Shown: positions 35,301 through 48,500 of the stretch, piece after piece
Layout of the letters: each line of letters starts with the position of its first letter
How positions within the stretch are numbered: the first letter of the stretch is position 1
NCBI GenBank assembly: GCA_000708835.1
Contig: DF237419.1
Location: 1 to 64,000, forward strand
Direction: 5' to 3'
DNA: 64,000 nucleotides
Source: Klebsormidium nitens
Taxonomy: Eukaryota; Plantae; Klebsormidiophyceae
Program-made: the position numbers and the translations under genes
The notes under the pieces: generated by a model
The model's input: the letters and a program-made list of their open reading frames with translations, nothing else
What the model was told of the DNA's origin: nothing
Database searches by the model: none

Positions 35301-36876
35301 CTGTGCACTTTGTATATACGTTTCGTCGTCCGGCTCGCTCTTATAGAATGCTGTGTGCAGTGCCGTTGATTGGTTCGTGGACACCTTCAATGTGTTGCAT
35401 TTTGATCAAGCTGGTGTGCACACCCACTTCAAGTGCTGGCTGTTTTGAAACCTCCAAAGCGTCCTTCATATGAGAAAGTTGCACTTTTAAGGACATATGC
35501 ATGCGTGCTGCGTAATGCCAACTCTGCCGGCAGCCGCTAGAATGGCGGAGCGTCCAGCTAACCCACATGGCGGCATGCAGGTGAGCTTATACCAAATGAA
35601 GTCAGCGAATCTTAAACTGGCAAGGTCAGCTGTTTTATGCACTTCATGCACATGGGCAATTCCATTTTTGGCTGCATGTGTGATGAAAGCGGCACACTGA
35701 TGCCCGCGTTCAAGCCTTAATCAGGCTTTCATCTTACTCACCGCGGACGTGATTGAAGCGGCGCCGCCCCCGGAGCACCAACCTGATGGCCACGCGGGGT
35801 AGCATATGTATCAAATTGCCCAGAGGCGCTGTTGGATATATTGCATGGGCCGCGGTACGCGTGCATGAACGCGTGCATCATATATAACGTTCAATCTCAC
35901 ATAGATTCATGCATGGATACATGCTGACTTTCGGGCGTTGTCAGACCCGTATCCGCATGATTGTATACGTGAGTCTATAGGCTTCTTAGTACATGCGCAT
36001 ATGTGGTGGTGACAGCTCATCCCGACCAATTTGATGGAAAGAGGCCGGCCGAAGTTATGGCAGTCCTCGAGTTGCATTCCATTCCATTTGTGCCGCCACG
36101 TCATGGATCAAACGACAACGGGACGACTTGGCGGAATCGCATGAATTCAAATGCCGCCAAGTGCGTGACCTACTCCAGAAGGTGATTCACGAGAATCTGC
36201 TGGTCTGCTGACTTCACAGTTTTGCAATTTGACAGCTCTCATGTGCATGGTTCAATGAGCCTTCCCTCGATTGGGAGGGACTGACCATTTGTGTTTTCCG
36301 AGCGCACTTTCAGACGGCCCGAGGACCCAAGTAGGCGTTCACAGCATTTGGCTTCTGCTTCACTCGTCATGATTGATGCCAACAAAGTAGACTCATAGCA
36401 GTCAACGTTTTCTTTGAAGTGTACCTTGATCCCGCATACATCTCAAAAAGCAGCAACCACGTTCAGATCCAGTGATGATGTAACGAAACTTGCTGATTTC
36501 CTGCGGACACACAAATCTCAAAACGTTTTGTTTCACTCTGTCTTTTTCAGCCGTATCTAACAAAGTTGTTGAAGCTCAAAGCACCACGTTGTAGTACGTC
36601 AAGTCTGTCGAGCCCCTGCTCTAGACTCGCAAAAAGTTCAAGAGGGCCTAAAAAACGATTCTCATCAATGAACCGCATCAAGTTGGCAAGACCTGAGCTG
36701 TTTTTGATGAAACAGCGTCTTTATTGCCACAACGCGGCTGGCCCGAACTCACCCCATTCAGGTATGGGGCCACGACAGTATTGAGGAACAGCTATTGATT
36801 CCTACCTCCAGCTTCCAGAGGTTGTCAACTTCGTCAAGTGATTGCCTTCCTCCTGACTCGTGTACCTTTCCAATGC

Positions 36877-37716
36877 CTAGATGCTTGTGAGCCTTAGGAA
36901 TGGATCGAAGACCGAGTAACCGGACCCGTCCTCTATCCACCATCGTGACGTCGTAGCATCCAACGCCTCAGCACAAACAGCGACGTGAACCCGGTACTCA
37001 GAAAGCATTTTTTTGTGCACATTTGGAAGAAGTCGGGTGCCTTTCTCAAGGAGGGACGCTGGATCGTTTCCTTTAGGCTCGGAGCTGCTTGACAAGATGA
37101 CAACATCTAAGAAGATCTCCGACGACGAGGCTGTTGCTAGCTCTGCTTCACTTTGGGGGGTGACTTCCTTGAGCAGAGCCGTGATGCTGAACAAAGCCCT
37201 TTTATATACGGGAACCCCTGCGGTCTCCCCCCATAGAACTATTTTCTTATCTTTCCTCAGCAGGATCAGACAACCCGGAAACTCGTCGACTGGCGGCTTG
37301 TGAACAAAAGGGCGGCGTCGACTAGCTCGGAAAAGTCTATGGTAGCCTCCAAACCTCGCCACAGCCGCATCAAGCTCAGGCGTGACAACTATCGAGCTCT
37401 CATGCGGACTCGATGCCCAGCCAAGAAAGGTAGCCCTCCAGAGGCCGAGGCAAAAGGACAGGAAGGTCTTGCTTATAATCGCGAGTGCGGAAAGAGATGG
37501 GGGATCCTGATCAGCGAGCTTTTGAAGAATGATGACAATCAACTCTTCGGGAAGCATTAGGATGAGACATGCTTCGTCTTCAACCTGGGGGTCGAATCCA
37601 GGCGTTACAGAGGGATTCCGCTCAGACAAACGCTCAGAAGCACCAGTGCTATAAGTAGGACATATCGTTTCAATCGTGGTTGGCTGCGCCAGCTCGTTCC
37701 TGGAGGTATGTTCCAT
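36877..37716 (-). CDS. Intronless F-box protein (279 aa), C-terminal domain unassigned
   Basis: Uninterrupted ORF with F-box LILMLPEELIVIILQKLADQDPPSLSALAIISKTFLSFC. Confidence 0.7.
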   Translation of the reverse strand: MEHTSRNELAQPTTIETICPTYSTGASERLSERNPSVTPGFDPQVEDEACLILMLPEELIVIILQKLADQDPPSLSALAIISKTFLSFCLGLWRATFLGWASSPHESSIVVTPELDAAVARFGGYHRLFRASRRRPFVHKPPVDEFPGCLILLRKDKKIVLWGETAGVPVYKRALFSITALLKEVTPQSEAELATASSSEIFLDVVILSSSSEPKGNDPASLLEKGTRLLPNVHKKMLSEYRVHVAVCAEALDATTSRWWIEDGSGYSVFDPFLRLTSI

Positions 37717-38225
37717 CCTCTAACTTAACTCACAGATTGTCCAGATTGTCGTCTGAAGGCTTTGTTCAGACGGTGGATTGATCAAGCGCAGCGGCCCCTT
37801 CGATCTTAACGATTCAGGAACTCAGTAATCTGCCGGGAGGTCAGCGTGCGAAACTCTTCGTCAAATGCACGCGGCGCGCACGGCTCAGAACTATGCTCCC
37901 TCCAGTGCAGTTGTTGATTTTTCATACAAATGTGTGAGCTCGTCTACAGAGCGACTGCGCAGATATTTCAACAGATAGGGTATGATGCGGTCTCAGAACG
38001 GGTTGATTAGGAGCGCTGGAAAGGCTTTTATGATTACCTTGCAGCAAGGACGACCTCAGGATTCTAACCTTTAAGGCTTCGCTGAGCCTCTTCACCTCTT
38101 GCCAATCTTATGAAGCTGGTTGAGAGGCTGCAACACAAATACTGTAGCTCTGTAGAAAGAGTTCAAAGCTGTGAGGTAGGCTGCTTCCACCGCATCAACC
38201 GCATGGACTTCAAACTAAAGCATAC

Positions 38226-38331
38226 TATAAAAGCAGTGAGTCATGCGGGCGGGCGCGATGGTGACTCGGACACGGCCGGCGGCCGCGGCTGGGCGAAATC
38301 CGACTGAGTCATGGATTTGGCCCGGCCGCGG
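38226..38331 (+). promoter_or_regulatory. TATA-like box, two TGAGTCA motifs and a GC-rich hairpin in the divergent region between the F-box and DNAAF1 genes
   Basis: TATAAAAG at 38226-38233; TGAGTCA at 38237 and 38305; stem CCGCGGCTGGGCGAAATCC (38283-38301) / GGATTTGGCCCGGCCGCGG (38313-38331). Function is inferred only. Confidence 0.35.
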
Positions 38332-38751
38332 GGGTTTGGGGTTTGACGTGCGTCGCCGTGCGTGCGGAATCAAAGATCGGTTTCACGACTAAGCCTATTT
38401 AAGGGGTACATCACTTACATTGTACCTAAAGAATGCATGGCCTAGGTACGGTAGATGCATAAACCTGTAGATCTTAGTGGTACCAACAGTACAGAGCTCC
38501 AGCAGAGTACTGCTTTGACCAAGACTTTCTGAGGAAGGCCCAGCGACAGGAGCTGTGCACGGCAAGGAGCGAGCAAGAAGAAGGCGACTTAAGCTGGAGA
38601 GCTCATCAAAAGCTTGAGGTTCCCCGGCGTCAGGGGCATTCCGTGACGTGCGAGCAACTTGCTGCCTCAGCCTAAGAAAGAGTTGAGGAAGCTCGGTGAG
38701 ATACTTTGCAGATTGCAAGACGGGGTTGGGAAGTGGAAGTTAATCGGAGAG

Positions 38752-41700
38752 ATGGAGGGCAGCCCCATGGAGCTGACCAAGGAGTGGCTGCGCAAGTTCT
38801 GCAGGGAGCAGAAGCTGTATACGACGCCTTACCTCAACGACAAGCTGTACCTCCACTTCAAGGGCTTTGAACGCATCCAGAATCTGGAGGAGTATACAGT
38901 GAGCTGGACCTAGATTTCCGCGGCTTTCTAGATGCCGCAGTCTGGCAATGCCCAGTTTGGCAATCTACTGCACCCTTGCAGACCAACAGGAAACCTCCTT
39001 TCTGTCGCCACGTCCGGTGGAAGCACTTGTCAATGGCACCCCAAATGTATAATGTTAGCAAAACGGTATGTTTGTGCTGAGTAGGGTGGTTCTATGCCAG
39101 TTGCTGCGCTGTATGGGAGTTATGAGGGCATACCGTGCACAGAACCAGGTTGCAAGGTAAACAGGGGGCTGGATTCAGCAGCACCTGAGTTTGGAGACTT
39201 ACATCACAATGTGCTTTCTGCTGGTTACCACCAGTGCTCATGGCAGCCCAATCCTCGGTGTAGCCACCAGTGGCTACACCCTCAAAACAATGCCTGGAAT
39301 TTTGCACAACAAATGACTGAAGTCCCGCATTAGCTGTCAGTCAACCACCTTCTAGTGGTGGAAGCACCACCCTTTTACCAGACCGATTCGATTGGTCTTG
39401 GGATCCACTGTGCAACAGAAGTATTTGTCAAAGGTCTTATCTTCATCTGGCGCTAGCCAGGTGCTAATGGAATTCGATACGTTGCATCCAGGGCCTGCGG
39501 TCGCTGTTCCTGGAGGGCAATGGCATCGACTCCCTGGCAGGCCTGGAGGCTCTGCGCGAGCTGCGATGCCTGTACGTCCAGCAGAACTGCATCGAAAGGA
39601 TTGACCACCTGGAGAACCTGATAGAGCTGGACACAATCAACATCAGGTTAGTGACGGACCTGCAGTACTCGTGGTTTGGGGTTCTTTAGCAAGTGTCAGG
39701 CGCAGCCGCTAAATGCAAAGTGTTGACAAAGTGATTTGAATCTGGGTGAGCTTTCACTCCAAGTGTTTGGGACGATTGGAACAATTCCGTCCTTTCGAAT
39801 GTAATCTCACCCAGAATCACGAGAGCTCAGAAGTGGCGAGTGGACTCGTGAGATTTCGATCTGACGTAACTTCACCTCTGCTTCTGCACCGCATACAATT
39901 ATCGATTCTACCACCCTTTTGAAGATTAATATGGCCCTGTCGAATTTTAGGCAGCTACAAGTGCGCACATCACGGTTCGCAGTTAAGGCATAAAAGTGCA
40001 ACTGCTCTGGTGCTGAAGAACACAGCTACCTTACATCAAGTGTCTCCTTAATGCTTCCCACTTTACAACTTTCAATCCTAATCAAAAATCCCCCTCTTCT
40101 TAAAGATAGCATGGCCCCTTCTCTATATGCAGCAACAACTCGGTACGGGTACTGGAGAATCTGAGCTGCCTCCCCAAGCTCCAGACCCTAATTGCTTCCA
40201 AGAACAGGTTCGACTCGGCAGAGGGCATTGCACACCTCAAAGAATGCCCGTCTATTAGGTGAGGCCCGCAGACTTGGGGTGCAAAACGAGCTGCGAGTTC
40301 GGTACATGAAATCACTAGACCAAGAAGGACTTCCTGTAAATCGAGTGTAAGACAGCTAGGATACAACGCCGGGAAGCGATGGCCTTTTGTGGGTAGTATC
40401 AAAGGTGGTGCCCTGTGCAGACAGAATTGAGAAGCTGCAAACTACAAGTGCGCTGAGGAACTTGAGAACTGCGTCTATCGAGAGCCAGCCAGCCCCATTA
40501 TCCCCACGTTGACTGTTGGATATGGCGTCTGAACCAGGGTGCATCGAGGTCCGTCCACCTGCAACATCCATAAGCATGCAATCGAGGATGCCATGCTTTC
40601 ATTAAAGTTCGTACCAGAGGCTCTGTGTTAGCCATTCGGACTTGACAGATCAAGTTGCTTACTTGAGGACTCTTACCCACTTCTTGACAGTCGCTCGGCA
40701 GAGCGGGACGACGCATGCGTTTTGCAGACTAGTAGAATGGGAAATGTCAAAATCAGTCGCGTGCATGCGAGAGCACGTTGAACCAACGCTGATCTTGTGT
40801 TGCAGCGTTCTCGACTTGTCCGAAAACAAGCTTGAGGACGGCCAGGGCGTTTTGGACGTCCTCAAAGCCATGCCCAAACTGCGGTGCGTCTACCTCAAGG
40901 GGAACCCCATGGTGTCAAAACTGCCCAACTACCGCAAGGTTGGTTGTTCTGACGCTGAGTGACAATTATCGACGATTGTGCGGATGCTCGGAAGGTTCTT
41001 TTTGGACAGACGCTGATGCGTCTGCATCATTATCCACCCACTTCCGTCGGACTTCGACTGATGAAGTCTGACCGAAATGAAGGCAACGAGGAGCAGCAGA
41101 GGCGTAGTGATACCTGGGATATTACGTCCGTTCGAAGAAGCAGGAAATGATTCCGGAAGAGAAACGGTCGTCAGATGATGTCAGGCAGAGGCCCAAACAA
41201 GAGAATTCTCCTCGGACATTCGGTAGCCTGCACCTTGTATGATTTCGGTGCAAGCTTCAGTAAGAGAGCTTCTGTGACCCTTGGCAGCAAAGCTTTGCTT
41301 GATGTTGGTGTCTTTGGTTTCCTGCCAGCCCGAGCGCTGGACCAGTGCAGAGATTGTGCAGAAAGAGGTTGCCAAGTAGTCGATGGGTGAAGCACAAGTT
41401 CAGAAGAGCACAAAGGCCACGTTAAAGTTGATATGTGGAGAAAACAGGGCGTTACGAGGTCGTGCTGAAACCGTTAGCTGTGCTGAGACATGGATGTTTC
41501 CGGCTAACATCAAACGCCTTTGGAAACATGGTACTGAACAGGAGATTCTTTAATGCATCAGGCTCTCATCGCGTCGCTTCCAAATCTCAAGTACCTTGAC
41601 GACCGCCCGGTGTTCGACGCCGACCGCGCGTGCGCCGAAGCTTGGTAAGAACCCTTACATTCTGGATTGTCAGATGGTTTCAAGGCGCACGATGTCGGCT

Positions 41701-43497
41701 GGCTGTTTCACCTTTGTGCGGTTTCACATACGCGAGTCTCAGACTTCTGTTGTGTCGTGTGCAAGACGAAGATGGACTGGCGATTTTGGTTTCGGAAAAG
41801 AAGGGCAGAGCAGGGCTAGTGCAAGGCCTCGAAGTTTTTCGTAAGAAGCGCAGACACTGAGATCTTTGGTTCGGCCTCAGCCAAACCCTTTCAAAGCAAC
41901 GAAAGCTTTTGAAAACTCATGAGAATACAGAGGTGCGAGGATGCGAGACAAACCTGCTTTCCAAACGCAGGGCTCGCGACGGCCTGCAAGGAGAGCGGGA
42001 AGCGCGAGCGCGACTGAGAGAGGAAGAGCGCTCACGAGAGGAGCGGAACTTCCGAGGTGAGACGGGGCAGATTTCTGCATAGCACTGATTCGGCTTGCAA
42101 GAACGTTGGAGGGGGATGTCCTTGCGCTAGAAATGTGGCGACCTGAGGTCCATCTTCTCTTGACTTGCTTCCACGAAGTGTTCAGGAGCGGCGAAACGTG
42201 GGTCTTTGATTTGCAGATCGGAGGTCTGAATTTTACAGAGCGGTAGCAAACTTGTCAAGGACATGCAAAAGTTGTCCTTAAGAACAACTGAAGGACAAGT
42301 CAAGTCGTTGAGACTGAGAAGATGCTGGGAACGCGGAAAAATAGCTCCATTTCCGATACTGCCCGACACGAAGTTTGGGTACTGAAAACATACACGAAAA
42401 GAAGGCAGACAGCATAAAGAAGAGGGAAAATTTAACTTGAATGACAAGCAGAGGACAAGGAAACGGAAATGCAGTAGATTCTACCGGCTGGGAGCGAGAC
42501 CCTCCTCCCTCCTCTCTGTAGCGATGAAGCAATGGCGGTCCCAAAGCTTCGCTGAGCGGCGCGTGTCGATGGGGCTGCCGCCGCTGGAGGACGAGGAGAG
42601 CGGCAGCGGAGACGACATGGAAACGGAACGGGAGCCGCCGGAACTTATCCGGGCGCGTGAGACGCTCGCGCACTACCCCGCGAGGTGGGCACCTGCCACG
42701 TGGCGGATAAGATTTTGACTTCGCATCGCCCACCCTTTACTTGGACAGGAAGGCTCAAATGAGGAACTCGTAAACTTAGGTTACGTTGAAAGCGGCAAGC
42801 AAGTGGGCAGCGGACGTCAGAGAAGCTCGAGTGCGCTGGTTTTAGCCGTCCGTCCTCGGTGCTCGATATCAGATCCTCGGTAAGCACTACGAGAATTCGA
42901 CGGTCGCTTCAGCGGACAGTTCATCAAATGTTACAGCCGATAGTCCATGGTTCCCTTACTCCGTTACACTTCGCCCATTGGCTTTTTCGCTGCTCTCACT
43001 TCTGACGCGCGCTCTACTTTCTTTCCAGACTAGGGGAGGAAGAGCCCCCCGAGCTGACGAACGCGCGCGCGGCAGTGCGCGCGAGCGACTCCCCGACCAG
43101 CGTCGCCATGGAAGGCGCCAAGGCGACCGGGTTCGGCGGAGAAGCGAGCGAACAAAACAGCGGGCGCACCTCACCCGAGCCGGGGATCCGGTCGGAGATG
43201 GCAACCGAGCCTGAAGCTCAAATCGATTTGTCCCCGGGGGGTGCGACTGGGGCGGACATGGTCGTCGAAGAAGCTCGCCTCGGCCCCGGGTCGTTGGACG
43301 AGCGAGCGGATGTACCGGACGAGGAAGCGTCCGGAACTGAGCAAGCGTCCGAAGGGGACAGAGCGTCCGAATGGCTTGATGAGGGCGAAGATGCTTTTGG
43401 GCCATTCGTTGGCACGGCCGGGCACATTGAGGGCATGGAAGTAGCCAGTTTCGTCGCTCTGGACGAGGACGAGTTGGATCTGAACGATCTGGATTGA
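38752..43497 (+). CDS. DNAAF1: Dynein axonemal assembly factor 1 (ODA7/LRRC50-like LRR protein)
   Basis: Exon 38752-38898 [44 protein letters not shown]. Exon 39492-39646 [12 protein letters not shown]...[29 protein letters not shown]. Later exons VLDLSENKL...[20 protein letters not shown] and [27 protein letters not shown], a coiled-coil exon, and an acidic tail ending DLNDLD-TGA. Confidence 0.92.
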
Positions 43498-45528
43498 CCA
43501 GGTCTCTTTTCAGAGCAGTTGTGGTGAGGTTGCCAGAGGTACATAGTCGCAGCATCAGCAGGGAGGCGGATGTAAGCCAGTTGCCCTTGATTCAGAAATA
43601 CGATCTGTGACACGACATGTATCGGTAGTCTTCCCTCCGATCCAAAGTAATTCAGGGCACACAGCCCGGAATTGCGCTATCATCACCAAAGTCACTTGTA
43701 AGGGTCAATTAAGTAGGAACACTTTTGCACTAAAAAGATCCTCTCTGTTCGGGCCTTGTGAAGACATGGTCTCGTCAATCAAGTTCGAAGGCCTCGCGGG
43801 GGCCTCGCTCTAGATGCACTATCTACATACGTTCAAGCGGTCATCTGCCATGCACTCTACGACACCAGCCGAACCGATTGATTGTAGTAAAGCCTCCTCA
43901 TGTATATATGTACTCTGCATAACGCGAAAACACGAGACTACTGCTGTGACTGCTGTGGATATCTCTCAAGCAACGTCAGTAGGTCAGGTTTCGAAGTGTA
44001 CGCCACATCAACTGACAGCAGCGATACTAACGATCATCTACGCGCTGTTGACAGGGCTCTCTGGATGCAGCGAGCGCCAAGGAGAGCTTTGTTTGCAAAA
44101 TGTCACCATACGTGTAACTGCGGCACATCCAAATTCGCATGAGATACGTCTCATCAAATTGAATCGGTCACAGCCCACCGAAAGCATCCCAAAAGGGGAC
44201 CGAAAGCAGCCAGATCGAGTCGTTTAAGCCCTCATCAGTTGACGCAACACCGGCCTGTCCAAAGGGCCAGCTTCTGGTGATAGTTAGATATGGTTGGCTG
44301 AGCTGCGAATTGTCACCCTTAGTACCACCTTAGTACCATCGCATAGGAGTGTTGCGTCGAGAGAGGTCGAGAACTTCTGTGAGGAAACCCAGCGGGCAGT
44401 TAAGGCGGAGCATGAAGAGTTGACTTTTATGATTTCATTGGAGCTTATGACTACCTTATGGACTTGACGTCTGATCTAGGAGAGTCGAGGCTCGGATCAA
44501 GACCAGTGGAGGCCTCGGTACTAGGACTACAGCGCAGCTCCGGTAGCGACGCTGACCGTCAGCACGGCCGCGCGAAATTTAGTAGGCGTTGACGGGCGTG
44601 CATGCCAGCAAAAAGTGCACCTGGTATGCCATCATTACCGTCCGATGGCCGAGATCTGACCGCTTGGATCTCCTGCGCACGCGTATCTTGGCTATCTTCC
44701 AACTTCTCAAGATATATTCCGAAAAGCGCCGTCCATCGACGGCTATGATCAATCTGGCGGCGATTAACACCGAATCTGTTGCAGCTTCGCGCCATTTCAT
44801 GCAAGTCTGACTACGTCACCCTGCTTGCATGATCACATGGTAATCTTGTGGAGATGCTCATTGGCCCTGCTGCGCCACTAGCTACCTAGAATGTTCTCTC
44901 TCTCATGGTCAGCTCTGCCACCATGATGATGGCTTTGACATTCAGAGACTGATCAAAACAACAACCCCCTGCTGGGAAGGGGGTTGGTGCAAGGTCACGT
45001 TTCCTGGTGCTAGCAGCTGCTTCTTTGAACGGGGAGCGGGTGCGGCGGCGACGCCGTCAGCTGCACAGTGATTCTTGGTGCCCCTCGCTTAGCGTGTGTA
45101 TGGCACAATCGTTACCAACCCTGGCATTGTCAGATAGGCTTTAGCGGCTCTTTCTCTGAGTCATTGATTGTGACCAACTTTGCTCTTTAGTAGCTTTGCT
45201 TTCATCCAATATATTTCCCTTCGTGATAAATTTCACGCGACCTTAAAGGTATTTGGTCAGGGCAGGAGTGTTCAAGGGGGGCCCAAGCTGCAAGGTGTTT
45301 CTGCAAGGTGTGGGGTTCTTTGTGACCCTAAGTGGCAATGAGTTAGCCAGCATTGACGCTTTTGTAAGGTAGTAGGCGCACAAAGCAAACTGTTGAAAGC
45401 TAGAATAGCTCCTTAATGTAGAACAGCCCCTTTATCAGAGGTACAAAGCTGCCCTTGACATAGTTGTATTACCCCTAGCTATTGCTTCTCTCCACCCACA
45501 TAGCTTACCTTCGTAAGTGCAGCTCAAC

Positions 45529-48500
45529 ATGCCGAAGGCCAAGAGAAGCGCCTCCAGAAAGGGCCACCGCTCCACCCCATCTGGCGGCCCTGGCTCCTCA
45601 TCCCAATTTCCAGAAGAAGAAACAAATAAATCCATGGATGAATTCTATCAGAAGTGCAACGAGGCTGCTCTTTGGGGCCTCGGGAAGTTTGTTGAGGTGT
45701 CGATCTTGGCCTATGGTGCGACAGCACTCTGCACGATGTTCGCTTATGGAAGCGCTCTTAGGGGTGGGAAGTCGTTGGCCAATCTTGGCACGGTGGCCAT
45801 CTTGTTGCTGCCTTGGGCGGCAGTCGTGAGCTCTGGGGCTGTGCTGGTGACGAAGTTGGGGTGGACGACGCTTATCTTCCTTGCGGTGAGTGTGATTGCG
45901 GTGGTTGTTTTTACTTGCTCAAAGTTGATGCAAACACTCCATTCTTCATCGTTAGATTGGCGTAAACCAAGTCCGCTGGTGATTGCAGAGTCAGTCAAAG
46001 GCAGTTGCTCTGTTGATTCGTAATGAGGTTGCTGAGAAAGAAGTATCCCTAGTAGGGACTTGTGCACGAGTAGTGCACATTGACGATTCAGCATCTTGCA
46101 GTGTTAGGGCGGTCTTTGCTCAAGTTATGACTCATTGGAGAGTTCATGCGTCTCTCATTGATGATGGATAAATAAGTTGCTGTAGAGTGTGTGATGTGCG
46201 TGGTCTTCTGTAGACTCAGTTGTATGCTAAAGGTAAGGCTGTTTCCTGTTCTACTCGCGTATCTTTTCCAGTTTCGGAAAAGCCATCTGCTGACATTGAC
46301 ATTGTATTTGGGGAAAGCATTTTTTACCACCAAATGAGTGCCTTCATGGTCCAATCATTTTCTCGAGTTCACAGATGCCAAGGTTGTATGATTTTAAGCT
46401 CGTTGCTTTTACTACGCAGTGTGACAAGATTTCCGAAGTGGATGTTGAGAATTATTGCAAAGGAGATTTGTTGATGATTTGCTCTTACCGCTCCATACCA
46501 CCAGACTGTGGACACAATCTTGAGGTCAGAGCATCAGCATGTTCATCTTTGAGCACGGATCATCTTGTGATCAGCTTCTTAAAAGGGGCCACAGAGTTGT
46601 TATCCCAATTAGTCCATTGACAGCATTCAGCACACGCTTTAGCCTTACTTGAAACTGCGTCTATGTTTAACCAAGTTCCAGCGCTCCCAAGCACCTTCTG
46701 GCCGCGAAGGAGCCATAGGATGTGAGAGAGGAGTTTTCAACAATTCACTTCTGTTGCTTGCAGGCCCTGGCATTTGGACTATTCCGCTATTACGGCACCA
46801 TGGCAGGAATCCTGGCAGTCGGGGTGTACTCTGTGGTTGCTCTCTTCTTGGGGGGCAGCCCTTGGACCACTTTGCTCGTCACAGTGGCAGGATGTAAGCA
46901 GCCTCTGATGCAGCTTTTTCCTGCTGCGCTTTTCATTGCTGTCATTGCACCTGTGTCAGTTATCATAATCGTGTCGAAATGGCATTGGTGCCAATATCGA
47001 GCGGTTCCATGAATCAGAGTGAACAGTGTGCGTTCTGCAGTATGGACATATTGATCTTGGATTGGGCATTACCTGCGTCTGGCCTCAATGCTGCATTTCA
47101 GGGTCACGAGAATTCACCTCATTTCGTTCAGGCGCCCTTTTCTACTTCCGCTACACCGCCCTCGCGCTCGTCGGCACCCTCTGCTATGCGGCGCTCTCCG
47201 TGTATCGCACGGGGGGCTACCTGGCGGTCGGGTGCACCTTCCTTGCGGCCTGCCTATCCAATGACGTCATCCAATACCTGGCGGCGCAACTCCCCCCTGA
47301 AGAGAAGACACCAGGGGCCGCAGCTTCAGACGAGAACGTAAATGCGGGGCGCTCGCGGGAGTGGAGCTGGACTGATCCCGCCAGGGGGGCCGGGTGGAGC
47401 TCCGGCACGTCTCAGAGTTCTCAGCACTCGAGCTGGAAGGATACGACAGGGGGGTCTGGTTGGAGTTCCGGCAACTCGCAGCAGAGGACGAGCCGGGAGA
47501 ACTTCTACAACTCCACGTATGGGGGGGGAAGAGGTGACGGGACGAGCGGGCGCGGGCGCGGGCGTGACTCCGGCCGGGGTGCAGGGGAGAGCGCGAGTAC
47601 GTCGGGGTCGTCGTATTCGTACGGGGGGTCTGGCCGGCCTGGGAGGGAGCGGGAAGCCTCGGAGGCGCATGAAAACAATAAGAAGGAGTCTCCAAAATCG
47701 TCTCAGAGGAATGGCAGTAGCGCCTGGTGGCAGAACGGTGGCCCTTCGGACAGAGGGGGGCACTCAGAACAGGAAAAGGAAAAAGCTTCCCCGGGGGCAG
47801 TTCCGCCCTTTGCGCGGTCACCATCGTTTGCAGCAGATCTGGGGGACGCTGAAGCGGAGGTGGCGCGGATCATAGCGTGCACCACGCACTGGGCGGTGAT
47901 GGACATAGCGAGGGGGGCGACAATCGATATTGCAGAAGCAAAGCGCACGTATCATAAAAAGGTGAGCGTGGAGCTGTACGAATAATATGCATATCGAGCG
48001 GAGGGGTTCTGTTGCGGGCAGGTCTCCCGGTAGGTTGGCAGCAACGGGGTTTCTTACTGCAGGTTGAAACGGGTTTAAGAGAATCATTTTTGGGGAGTAT
48101 GGAAAAAGGAAGAATTGAGGCGGTTGTCGTATGTCGACCTCTGGTTCTGTGAGCGAATCTGACATTCTCAGAAGCCTACAGATTTGTCTACTTGTCAGCT
48201 TCTTGAATTCAAGAGTTCACGATCGGTCGATGTCCATTTCGCGTGGTTTTGCGCGCTTGCTGAGGGCAAGCTTGGGAGATTTCTCGTGTTATTGGGAGAG
48301 GTTCGGGATTCTGAAAGATTTGAGCTCCATTGCTGGAGTAGCAAGGATTTTTCAATCAGCTGCTGTCAAAGTTTTGGTTGAGCTTGGTACCTGATTGAGG
48401 ACTTGAATGGCCATTACCATTGTCTACAGGCAGCGTAGTAAGGAGCTCGAAGACAGTGTGAAACGGGGTCAAGGTTACACGTTGTGTCCATGTTCGCAAG

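Noticed and set aside
47267-47875. Several overlapping Arg/Pro/Gly-rich ORFs
   Set aside because: Alternative frames of the GC-rich DnaJ exon.
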